Shown here: piece by piece, positions 24,908-32,174 of the stretch
How the letters are laid out: the number at the start of each line of letters is the position of its first letter
Position numbering within the stretch: the first letter of the stretch is position 1
From: an uncultured Candidatus Saccharibacteria bacterium
GTDB taxonomy: Bacteria > Patescibacteriota > Andersenbacteria > UBA10190
Reading direction: 5' to 3'
DNA length: 43,660 nucleotides
NCBI GenBank assembly: GCA_964374055.1
Contig: CAYJWZ010000001.1
Coordinates: forward strand, 1-43,660
Translations under genes and position numbers: made by a program
The notes under the pieces: model-generated
Told to the model about the DNA's origin: nothing
The model's database searches: none
The model's input: only the letters and a program-made list of their open reading frames with translations

Positions 24908-25228
24908 ATGTTTTGCGAAGCCTTGATGCCGCCCCCCACCGTCACCCGAACGGCCAAGATCCAACAGGTGCCGCCCGGCCAGCACCACACCATCGTCCTC
25001 AAGCAGGGTTCCCGGAAGGTCTACCTCGTCTGTGAGGATGCTACCGTCGGCGAAGTACGCGAGTACTACGCCAACCAAGTCGGCGCCGCTGGCGTGGATC
25101 AGCTGGAAGTGGCCATCACCTCGGGCAAGGGCACCAAAACCTATGCCCCCGACAAGGCTGCTTCTCTCCTGGTCACGCCCGACATGAAGGTGCTCGAATT
25201 CCGCGCACCGGCCCCCGCCAAGGGCTAA
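24908..25228 (+). CDS. Ubiquitin-like (beta-grasp) protein candidate ending in Gly (106 aa)
   Basis: GAGGAG (24895-24900) 7 nt upstream of ATG 24908. C-terminus ...EFRAPAPAKG then stop. Alternating beta/alpha pattern; last gene of the cassette; terminator follows. Confidence 0.55.
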   Translation: MFCEALMPPPTVTRTAKIQQVPPGQHHTIVLKQGSRKVYLVCEDATVGEVREYYANQVGAAGVDQLEVAITSGKGTKTYAPDKAASLLVTPDMKVLEFRAPAPAKG

Positions 25229-25267
25229 CTTTGTTCTTTCTCCTGTGTGAACCCATGCAGGTGTGGA

Positions 25268-25306
25268 CCCTCGCAAAGATCCCCAGATCTTCGCGAGGGT
25301 TTTTTC
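25268..25306 (+). terminator. Rho-independent terminator of the Ubl cassette
   Basis: CCCTCGCAAAGATC-ccca-GATCTTCGCGAGGG (one mismatch) followed by TTTTTTC. Confidence 0.8.
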
Positions 25307-25314
25307 TTAGTCAT

Positions 25315-25395
25315 AAAAAAGACCCGTAAAACATCCAATGTTTTACGAGTCGCCCCCCCTATACGTTTAGGCCGATTGCCGTGCGGAATGTACAC
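25315..25395 (-). ncRNA. Candidate ~80-nt small RNA (orphan promoter plus terminator, no ORF)
   Basis: Minus-strand promoter at 25402-25430. Minus-strand terminator GACTCGTAAAACAT-tgg-ATGTTTTACGGGTC (25321-25351) followed directly by TTTTTT (25315-25320). Confidence 0.5.
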
Positions 25396-25401
25396 AGCTA
25401 A

Positions 25402-25430
25402 ACTATAGCACAAATACAAAAAATATGCAA
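25402..25430 (-). promoter_or_regulatory. Near-consensus promoter of the candidate sRNA
   Basis: Minus strand: TTGCAT (25430-25425), 17-nt spacer, TGc-TATAGT (25407-25402, extended -10). Confidence 0.55.
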
Positions 25431-25453
25431 GAGGAGGTATACTAAAATCACGT

Positions 25454-25699
25454 ATGGGTTTTTTAAGTGGTCTTTTCTCACGCCGCGGCTTAAGAAAACA
25501 ACTTTCCGGCCTAGGAGGTCTTAAAAAGAATCGGAGCAACCGGCGCCTGCTCGAAAAACAACTCTACACTAAACGCTCTGGCGGTGTTTCCAAACGAGAA
25601 TTGAATTCGTTGACGCGTGGCATGATAAAAAATAGCAAGGATTCCTTCAAGCCTTTTCAAGCCCGTCGCCTTCGCAAGCAACTCCGCGGCCTACTGTGA
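25454..25699 (+). CDS. Very basic small protein (81 aa), hypothetical
   Basis: About a quarter of residues are K/R; LRKQL motif near both ends (GLRKQLSGL, RLRKQLRGL); TATACT 10 nt upstream of the ATG; no good RBS. Confidence 0.35.
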   Translation: MGFLSGLFSRRGLRKQLSGLGGLKKNRSNRRLLEKQLYTKRSGGVSKRELNSLTRGMIKNSKDSFKPFQARRLRKQLRGLL

Positions 25700-25704
25700 A
25701 CCAC

Positions 25705-26376
25705 ATGCTTATTAGCCTGACGGGCAATACCGGCGTCGGGAAGGACACCATGGCCGATTACATGATGGCTCGATATGGATTTGTTAAAATCAGTATGGCT
25801 GACCCCTTTAAGCGCATTGCCAAAGAAGTATACGATTTTTCTGACGAGCAGTTATGGGGGCCGGCCGAGGCCCGCAATCAAGAGGACAAACGCTATCACC
25901 GCCCAGACGGAACGTTTTTAACCGCCCGTATCGTCACTCAGTTACTAGGCAATGAATTAAGCCGGTTAGCCTATCCCGAGACGTGGATCAACTACATGCA
26001 ACGCGTCGTGAAAAAAATTCGAGCCGGCGGCTTTTATTCCGAGCGACAAGGTGCCTTTCTCCTACCCAACAAAAAATCAAACTACGCCGGCATTATTGTC
26101 AGCAGCTGTCGCTTTCGAAACGAAATTGAAGCCATTAAAGCTATGGGTGGCAGCACTATCCGCCTCAAACGCCCGGCGCTATCAACCAAGAGCTTCACCA
26201 CCACCGGCATTCAAAAGCATGTCAGCGAGACTGAGCAACTCGCTCTCCCCGATGACTTTTTTACCCACGTCATCCAAGTCCCCGAAGGCATCTCCCAGTT
26301 CCATAAAGTTATCGATAGCTTTATGCAAAAATTGACAAATCGAGACAGGACGAAGCCCAACAGCGCCGAGTACTGA
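25705..26376 (+). CDS. P-loop kinase resembling phage-type deoxynucleotide monophosphate kinase
   Basis: N-terminal P-loop LTGNTGVGKDTMADYM; later SSCRFRNEIEAIKAMGGSTIRLKRP and HVSETE, which recall T4 gp1-like dNMP kinases (from memory). GTG 25696 is an alternative start. Confidence 0.45.
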   Translation: MLISLTGNTGVGKDTMADYMMARYGFVKISMADPFKRIAKEVYDFSDEQLWGPAEARNQEDKRYHRPDGTFLTARIVTQLLGNELSRLAYPETWINYMQRVVKKIRAGGFYSERQGAFLLPNKKSNYAGIIVSSCRFRNEIEAIKAMGGSTIRLKRPALSTKSFTTTGIQKHVSETEQLALPDDFFTHVIQVPEGISQFHKVIDSFMQKLTNRDRTKPNSAEY

Positions 26377-26434
26377 TCAAGGCACTAAGCAAGGTGTCAC
26401 AACTAGCAGCAATTTAACAACCTCGAGACGTGCA

Positions 26435-26467
26435 CCCAAGTGAACCACACACTCACTTGGGTTTTTT
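26435..26467 (+). terminator. Rho-independent terminator
   Basis: CCCAAGTG (26435-26442) / CACTTGGG (26454-26461) followed by TTTTTT. Confidence 0.7.
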
Positions 26468-26476
26468 ATTACGGTG

Positions 26477-26547
26477 TTCCGGGACAGGGATTCGAACCCC
26501 AGTTTCCAGGTTCAGAGCCTGGCGTCCTGCCGCTAGACGATCCCGGA
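26477..26547 (-). tRNA. tRNA-Gln (anticodon CUG)
   Basis: Cloverleaf read by hand: acceptor TCCGGGA/TCCCGGA, anticodon stem CCAGG/CCTGG with loop CTCTGAA, T-arm TGGGG-TTCGAAT-CCCTG, discriminator A. No encoded CCA. Confidence 0.8.
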
Positions 26548-26607
26548 ATGTGGTCACACAATACTGAAAAAACCGATTTTTTGCAAATATATGCTATAGT
26601 TGTAACT

Positions 26608-26871
26608 ATGAACTGGACTGGAATACCGTACTGGAAGCGCGGGGGGCGTGTTGGGGTAGTGCTGGCCGGAGTGGTATTTGTACTTGCCCTGCTGTGGAAT
26701 ATCAAGTCATTTGTAGTAAATAACTGGAGTAATGTCGACTGGGCTTTTATTGTTTTCATTCATGGTTTTTTAGCTGTTGTAATTTCGATAGTGATGACTG
26801 TCCCTGCCCTGCTTATCCTTTGGCTTGGTGGCATGGGAATTGGCTGGCTGTACGGCAAAACAAAAACATAA
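26608..26871 (+). CDS. Small membrane protein (87 aa), hypothetical
   Basis: The longer ORF (26440) overlaps the tRNA. ATG 26608 lies 7 nt after TGcTATAGT (26592-26600). Two to three hydrophobic helices. Confidence 0.5.
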   Translation: MNWTGIPYWKRGGRVGVVLAGVVFVLALLWNIKSFVVNNWSNVDWAFIVFIHGFLAVVISIVMTVPALLILWLGGMGIGWLYGKTKT

Positions 26872-27010
26872 AAACCACAAATCTGCCTCCCGGTGCATGA
26901 TGGCATGCTCCAACCCCGCGAATGGATTTATGGCTTACCCATGAAGCTACTCCCGGAAATAGGCATTAAATTCGACGCCATTGAACTTGGAAAGCCAGTT
27001 ACCTATTAAC

Positions 27011-28198
27011 CTAGAAATGCACGCGGGCGCGGCGGCGGGAAGAGTGCCGGTTAAGGGTGTCAGGAACCTTAAATTCAGGGTTCCTGACACCTTCTCTGAC
27101 ACGTGGCGCCTGGGAAACCCGCAGTGGCCCCTTGGCCATGCGTTCAATGAGGCGAACTTTACTGCGCTGATCCGGTGTAATAAACGTAATTGCCCGGCCG
27201 GGTAAACCCGCCCGGCCAGTCCGGCCAATGCGGTGAACATAATCTTCCGGATTATCCGGTAAGTCATAATTCACCACTAGTTCAATATTTTTAACATCAA
27301 TCCCCCGTGCCGCAATATCGGTGGCTACCAGCACCCGATGTTTGTTAGAACGAAAACCTTCCAGCGCTTTACGCCGTTGCGACAAAGATAAATTCGAATG
27401 AATCTCGGCCGCCCGGTGTCCCCCATCCCGCACCACCCGCGCCAGTTTCTTTGCCCCATACTTTGTGCGAGAAAAAACTAACACCGTGCCTTTATATTTT
27501 TCCAGCAACTGATCAAGCACATGCGGCTTGTCGGCTTTCTCCACCATAACCAGTTCCTGCTCCACCTGTTCGGCAATCGTACCGGCCGGGGCCACTTCAA
27601 TCCGTACCGGCATCCGCATGTGTTGGGCAGCAATCTTCATTATTTCGGCCGGCATGGTTGCCGAAAATAACAGTGTTTGTCGCTGCTCCGGCACACTTTT
27701 TAAAATACGTTTGATCTGTGGGGCAAAGCCCATATCGAGCATGCGATCGGCTTCGTCCAACACCAGCACAGAAACAGCCGCCAAACTAACGGTGTGCTGA
27801 TCTAAATGATCAATAATCCGTCCCGGTGTACCAATAATTACATGTGGCCGCTTTCGCAGCGCCTGTAGTTGCTGGGGCATTGAAGCGCCGCCAATCAGCA
27901 CCGCGCGCCGCAGCCCCAGCGTCGCCCCCAACTGGCCTAGTGACTCATCAATCTGTAGTGCCAGCTCACGGGTTGGGGCAATGATCAAGCCGGTTGTTTT
28001 ACTGCGCGCAATTCGTTGTAACAAAGGTATGCCAAAGGCCAGCGTTTTACCGGTTCCCGTCTGCGCAATACCCACTACGTCATTTCCCTCGACTGCTACC
28101 GGAATTGCTTTCGCCTGAATTGGTGTCGGCACCGTAAAATGCAACCGCTGCAGAATATGCAATAGTTTGGGCGCAATGCCTAAATTCGAAAAATCCAT
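27011..28198 (-). CDS. DEAD-box ATP-dependent RNA helicase
   Basis: Q motif TPIQAKAIP, AQTGTGKT, VLDEADRML, SAT, HRIGRTGRAG; basic C-terminal tail. Start set to ATG 28198 (MDFSNLGI...). Confidence 0.9.
   Translation of the reverse strand: MDFSNLGIAPKLLHILQRLHFTVPTPIQAKAIPVAVEGNDVVGIAQTGTGKTLAFGIPLLQRIARSKTTGLIIAPTRELALQIDESLGQLGATLGLRRAVLIGGASMPQQLQALRKRPHVIIGTPGRIIDHLDQHTVSLAAVSVLVLDEADRMLDMGFAPQIKRILKSVPEQRQTLLFSATMPAEIMKIAAQHMRMPVRIEVAPAGTIAEQVEQELVMVEKADKPHVLDQLLEKYKGTVLVFSRTKYGAKKLARVVRDGGHRAAEIHSNLSLSQRRKALEGFRSNKHRVLVATDIAARGIDVKNIELVVNYDLPDNPEDYVHRIGRTGRAGLPGRAITFITPDQRSKVRLIERMAKGPLRVSQAPRVREGVRNPEFKVPDTLNRHSSRRRARVHF
27056..27091. repeat. Perfect 13-bp inverted repeat inside the helicase 3' coding region
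   Basis: GGTGTCAGGAACC (27056-27068), 10-nt loop, GGTTCCTGACACC (27079-27091). Confidence 0.8.
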
Positions 28199-28204
28199 CC
28201 CCTC

Positions 28205-28233
28205 ATAATAAATCAAAGAAATAGTTTTGTCAA
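28205..28233 (-). promoter_or_regulatory. Consensus-like promoter placing the TSS at the helicase start codon (leaderless)
   Basis: Minus strand: TTGACA (28233-28228), 17-nt spacer, TATTAT (28210-28205), then 6 nt to ATG 28198. Confidence 0.55.
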
Positions 28234-28320
28234 CAAAAGCCCTCTTGTTGACCCCGAGTCCGTTGAGGGGCCAAAAGCTACTTTTGACACGGGCAACATA
28301 ATCTGTCATGTTATTAGCTT

Positions 28321-30126
28321 ATGAATATTCGCAATGTAGCCATTATTGCTCACGTCGACCACGGAAAAACCACCCTGGTAGACGGCTTATTGAAGCAATC
28401 CAAAACATTTCGGGCGAATGAAGCCGCTATGCAACAAACGCTGATTATGGATTCCAACGATTTGGAACGCGAACGCGGTATTACTATCCTGGCTAAAAAC
28501 ACCGCCGTTACCTACCGGGACACCAAAATCAATATCATCGACACCCCCGGCCACGCTGACTTTGGCGGTGAGGTGGAACGCACTCTTAACATGGCCGATG
28601 GCGCCCTGCTGATCATCGATGCCCAGGAAGGCCCGATGCCACAAACAAAATTTGTCCTAAAGAAAGCCTTGGAAGTGGGCTTAAAAATTATTGTCGTCAT
28701 CAACAAAATCGACAAGAAGGATGCGCGCGTCGAAGAGGTCATTGAGGAAACCCACACGTTATTTTTGGATATCGCTACCGACCCCGAGCAGCTTGATTTT
28801 CCGGTTTATTACGCCATCGGACGCGCTGGCAAAGCATGGAGTGAACTGCCATCTGATACCAATGCGGATGGTGACCTAACGCCTGTTTTTGACGCTATTA
28901 TTCAACACGTGCCAGCCCCGGAAGTTGCCGAGGGCCCGTTACAAATGCTGGTTACGACGCTCGATTACGATTCCTTTCAAGGTAAATACGCCATCGGCCG
29001 TATCCGTCGGGGCAGTGTTCGTGCCGGCATGAACGTGGTTGTTCTGGGTGACGCCGGCGCCACCCATAACGCCCGCATCGCCAAAGTGTTCGTCAGCCAG
29101 GGTCTCAAACGTGCGGAAGTAACCGAAGCTACCGCTGGTGATATTGTGCACCTGACCGGTATCGAGGACAGCAACATTGGCGACACCGTCGCCGACGCCA
29201 CCGATCCGGAAGCTTTGCCGCGGATCAGTGTGGCCGAGCCAACCTTAAAGATGGCCGTGGGCGTAAACACCTCTCCCGGTGCTGGCCGCGAAGGCAAATT
29301 CGTCACCGGCCGGCAATTACTGGATCGGATTAAGCGTGAACTGGAAACGAACGTTTCGCTGCGCATGGAAACGGGCGAGGCTAATGAATATATTTTATCC
29401 GGCCGCGGCGAACTGCACCTAGCTATTTTTATCGAAACGCTGCGGCGCGAAGGCTATGAATTGCAAGTCGGTAAACCGCGCGTCATCACTAAAATCATTG
29501 AGGGTGTGGAAGTTGAACCAGTTGAAGAATTAACGATCGATGTCGCCACCGACAAAGTGGGCGCCGTCACCAGCGAAGTTGGCCGGCGCAAAGGCATAAT
29601 GCTGGTACAAACCGAAAACACTGACGGTAGCACCCGCCTCATGTTTGAAATCACCACCCGCGGCTTGCTCGGGCTGCGCAATCAGTTACTAACCATCTCT
29701 CGCGGCACCGCCGTAATGCACTCGGCTTGGCTGCGCTACGACCCGGTGGGCTCGGCCATCCCCAAATTACGCAACGGCGTCCTGATTGCCTCCCATAGCG
29801 GCCAAGCCGTTGCCTATGGCTTGAATATCGCCCAAGGTCGCGGCAGTACCTTTATTCCCGCTCAAACAGCTGTCTATGAAGGTATGATTATCGGCCTCAA
29901 CGCCCGCGAGGAAGATATCGCTATTAACGTTACGAAAGAAAAGAAACTAACCAATATGCGCTCCTCCAACGCCGATGCGCCGCTCATCATGACGCCGCCG
30001 ACTATCTTAAGTTTGGAACAAGCCCTAAGCTTTTTGGAAGAAGACGAGCTACTGGAGGTAACGCCGGCCAATCTTCGCCTGCGTAAAAAATTGTTATCCG
30101 CCACCGCCCGAGCTCGCTCGAAGTAA
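28321..30126 (+). CDS. typA: Translational GTPase TypA/BipA
   Basis: IRNVAIIAHVDHGKTTLVD, DTPGHADFGGEVER, NKIDK; 601 aa with the EF-G-like domain order. Confidence 0.95.
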   Translation: MNIRNVAIIAHVDHGKTTLVDGLLKQSKTFRANEAAMQQTLIMDSNDLERERGITILAKNTAVTYRDTKINIIDTPGHADFGGEVERTLNMADGALLIIDAQEGPMPQTKFVLKKALEVGLKIIVVINKIDKKDARVEEVIEETHTLFLDIATDPEQLDFPVYYAIGRAGKAWSELPSDTNADGDLTPVFDAIIQHVPAPEVAEGPLQMLVTTLDYDSFQGKYAIGRIRRGSVRAGMNVVVLGDAGATHNARIAKVFVSQGLKRAEVTEATAGDIVHLTGIEDSNIGDTVADATDPEALPRISVAEPTLKMAVGVNTSPGAGREGKFVTGRQLLDRIKRELETNVSLRMETGEANEYILSGRGELHLAIFIETLRREGYELQVGKPRVITKIIEGVEVEPVEELTIDVATDKVGAVTSEVGRRKGIMLVQTENTDGSTRLMFEITTRGLLGLRNQLLTISRGTAVMHSAWLRYDPVGSAIPKLRNGVLIASHSGQAVAYGLNIAQGRGSTFIPAQTAVYEGMIIGLNAREEDIAINVTKEKKLTNMRSSNADAPLIMTPPTILSLEQALSFLEEDELLEVTPANLRLRKKLLSATARARSK

Positions 30127-32166
30127 AGCACCGGCATCAAATTCTTTTAGGCCGTAGCCTTCAAACACCGCGCTGACCGTAATACCACGCACTTCAATCA
30201 CCACCCCACGGCCGAAGTGCGGATGCTGCAATAAATCACCGTTTTGCAATTCAGTCAGATTTAGTGCCTCACTGTCTGACCAATCAAGCGTTTCGCGGGC
30301 CGTGCCGGCTTCCGGCAGCGCTTCCAGAAAACGCGACGGTAGTTGCGAATGCAACTCACCGCGCACAAAGCGAGTGGCCGCGTGTATAATCGTGAGCGTG
30401 TGTCGGGCGCGCGTCATACCCACATACATAAGCCGTCGTTCTTCCTCCAGCTGGGCGGCGCTATCCAGACTATTAATATGCGGCAACAATCCTTCCTCGC
30501 ATCCCACCAGAAAAACGTGCTTAAATTCCAAACCCTTCGACGCATGCAGCGTCATGCACGTTACCCGATCATGTTCCCGCTCCAGCGTATCGACATCCGC
30601 CAGCAGGGCAATTTCTTCCAGGAAGACATCCGGATCAACATAGGTGGCTGTCACATTCAGCAATTCATCAATGTTCTGCTGTCGCTCTTCTCCATCCGGT
30701 TGGCGCTCCAGCCAAGTTACATACTGGCTCTTACTTAAGAGATGCTTTAATAAATCGGCCACGGTGGCAAAAGACTGCCGCCGACCGCTGCTAAAAGCCC
30801 GCAGTACTGGCCCGATTATCGGCTGCCCGGTGAATTGCGTGGAGAGGTATTCTTCGAGTGATTGTTCGACCGCCGCACTGGCCGCTTCCCAGCGACTAAT
30901 TGTTTTCGGTCCAACTCCTCGCCACAGCGCATCGGCAATCCGTCGCAAACCAAGTGACGATCGTGGGTTTACCCAGAACTGCAAAAAAGCCAAGGCATCT
31001 TTAATTTCCCGGCGCTCATAAAAGCGCCACCCACCCACAATTACATACGGCACTCGATAAGCCAGAAATTCTTCTTCAAAGGCTCGTGACTGGGCATTCG
31101 TGCGGTACAACACCACGCACTCGCTAAGCTTCCCGCCGTCTGATCGCACCTGCTCAATGGCTTGCCGGACAAACCGCGCTTCTTCCCGATCAGAACCCAG
31201 CGCAATAATCTGAACTGGTTCTCCCTGCGTTGCCGCCGTCCATAATTTTTTATGCTTCTGATCGCTATTTTCGGCAATCACGGTATTGGCTGCCTCCAGA
31301 ATAGTCGGCGTCGAACGGTAATTTTGGGTTAAATAAACAACCGCACAACCCGGAAATTCTCTCTCGAAGCGCAAAATATGATCGACTTTAGCTCCCCGCC
31401 AGGAATAAATTGCCTGATAATCATCACCCACCACGCAAATATTTTTTTCTTTTCCCAACAACAATTTCAACAAGCGATCCTGCGGCGGATTGGTATCCTG
31501 ATATTCATCCACCGAAATAAAGCGCCACCGATTTTGATAGGCCGCGCGCACCGTTGCTTCTCGTTCCAGCAGTTTCAACGGCTCGAGCAGTAAATCATCG
31601 AAATCAAAGGCATCATGTTTAGCCAGTAACGCCTCATAACGAGCGTACACCCGGGCCAACACTTCGTCCCCCGGCCGCCGGGCCACACCTTCAACATCTT
31701 CCGGCGTTTGCCCGGCGTTCTTAGCGCCGGAAATTCGTGTCTTGAGTAACGCCGGCTGCCACTCGCGCGATGATAAGCCAAGTTCCGATAACGCTAAACG
31801 GATCAAGCGTTCGCTATCAGACGCGTCGCACACCGTAAAATGGGCCGTGCGCGGCAGGTGGCTAGGATGTTCACGCAATATTCGCGCCCCCAAACTATGA
31901 AAAGTGCTGATCGCCGTCGGGACGCTGATCGGTCGCGGCAATAGTAGCTGCACCCGCTGCTTCATCTCCTGCGCCGCTTTTTTTGTAAACGTTACCGCCA
32001 GAATTTCTGACGGTCGCGCCAGGTGTTGTTCCAGTAAATAGGCTACCCGGTGCGTTAAGGCGCGTGTTTTACCCGAACCAGCCCCGGCCAGCACCAGCAC
32101 CGGCCCATGGATCGTCTCCACTACCTGACGTTGTTCCGGATTGAGTTCCGTTAACAGCTTGCTCAC
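30094..32166 (-). CDS. pcrA: UvrD/PcrA-family ATP-dependent DNA helicase
   Basis: LNPEQRQVV, AGAGSGKTRALTHRVAYL, VDEYQDTN, QNYRST, VGMTRAR; 3' end overlaps typA by 33 nt (convergent). Confidence 0.9.
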   Translation of the reverse strand: MSKLLTELNPEQRQVVETIHGPVLVLAGAGSGKTRALTHRVAYLLEQHLARPSEILAVTFTKKAAQEMKQRVQLLLPRPISVPTAISTFHSLGARILREHPSHLPRTAHFTVCDASDSERLIRLALSELGLSSREWQPALLKTRISGAKNAGQTPEDVEGVARRPGDEVLARVYARYEALLAKHDAFDFDDLLLEPLKLLEREATVRAAYQNRWRFISVDEYQDTNPPQDRLLKLLLGKEKNICVVGDDYQAIYSWRGAKVDHILRFEREFPGCAVVYLTQNYRSTPTILEAANTVIAENSDQKHKKLWTAATQGEPVQIIALGSDREEARFVRQAIEQVRSDGGKLSECVVLYRTNAQSRAFEEEFLAYRVPYVIVGGWRFYERREIKDALAFLQFWVNPRSSLGLRRIADALWRGVGPKTISRWEAASAAVEQSLEEYLSTQFTGQPIIGPVLRAFSSGRRQSFATVADLLKHLLSKSQYVTWLERQPDGEERQQNIDELLNVTATYVDPDVFLEEIALLADVDTLEREHDRVTCMTLHASKGLEFKHVFLVGCEEGLLPHINSLDSAAQLEEERRLMYVGMTRARHTLTIIHAATRFVRGELHSQLPSRFLEALPEAGTARETLDWSDSEALNLTELQNGDLLQHPHFGRGVVIEVRGITVSAVFEGYGLKEFDAGALLRASSGGGG

Positions 32167-32174
32167 GCCGCCGT

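Noticed and set aside
24779-25276. 165-aa minus-strand ORF antisense to the E1 3' end and the Ubl gene
   Set aside because: It is antisense to two well-supported genes. The translation is Gly/Arg/Asp-rich with no RBS, typical of an antisense-frame ORF in GC-rich coding DNA.
26440-26607. N-terminal extension of the 143-aa ORF (start at 26440)
   Set aside because: The extension is the reverse-strand reading of tRNA-Gln. ATG 26608, behind a TGcTATAGT promoter, is the credible start.
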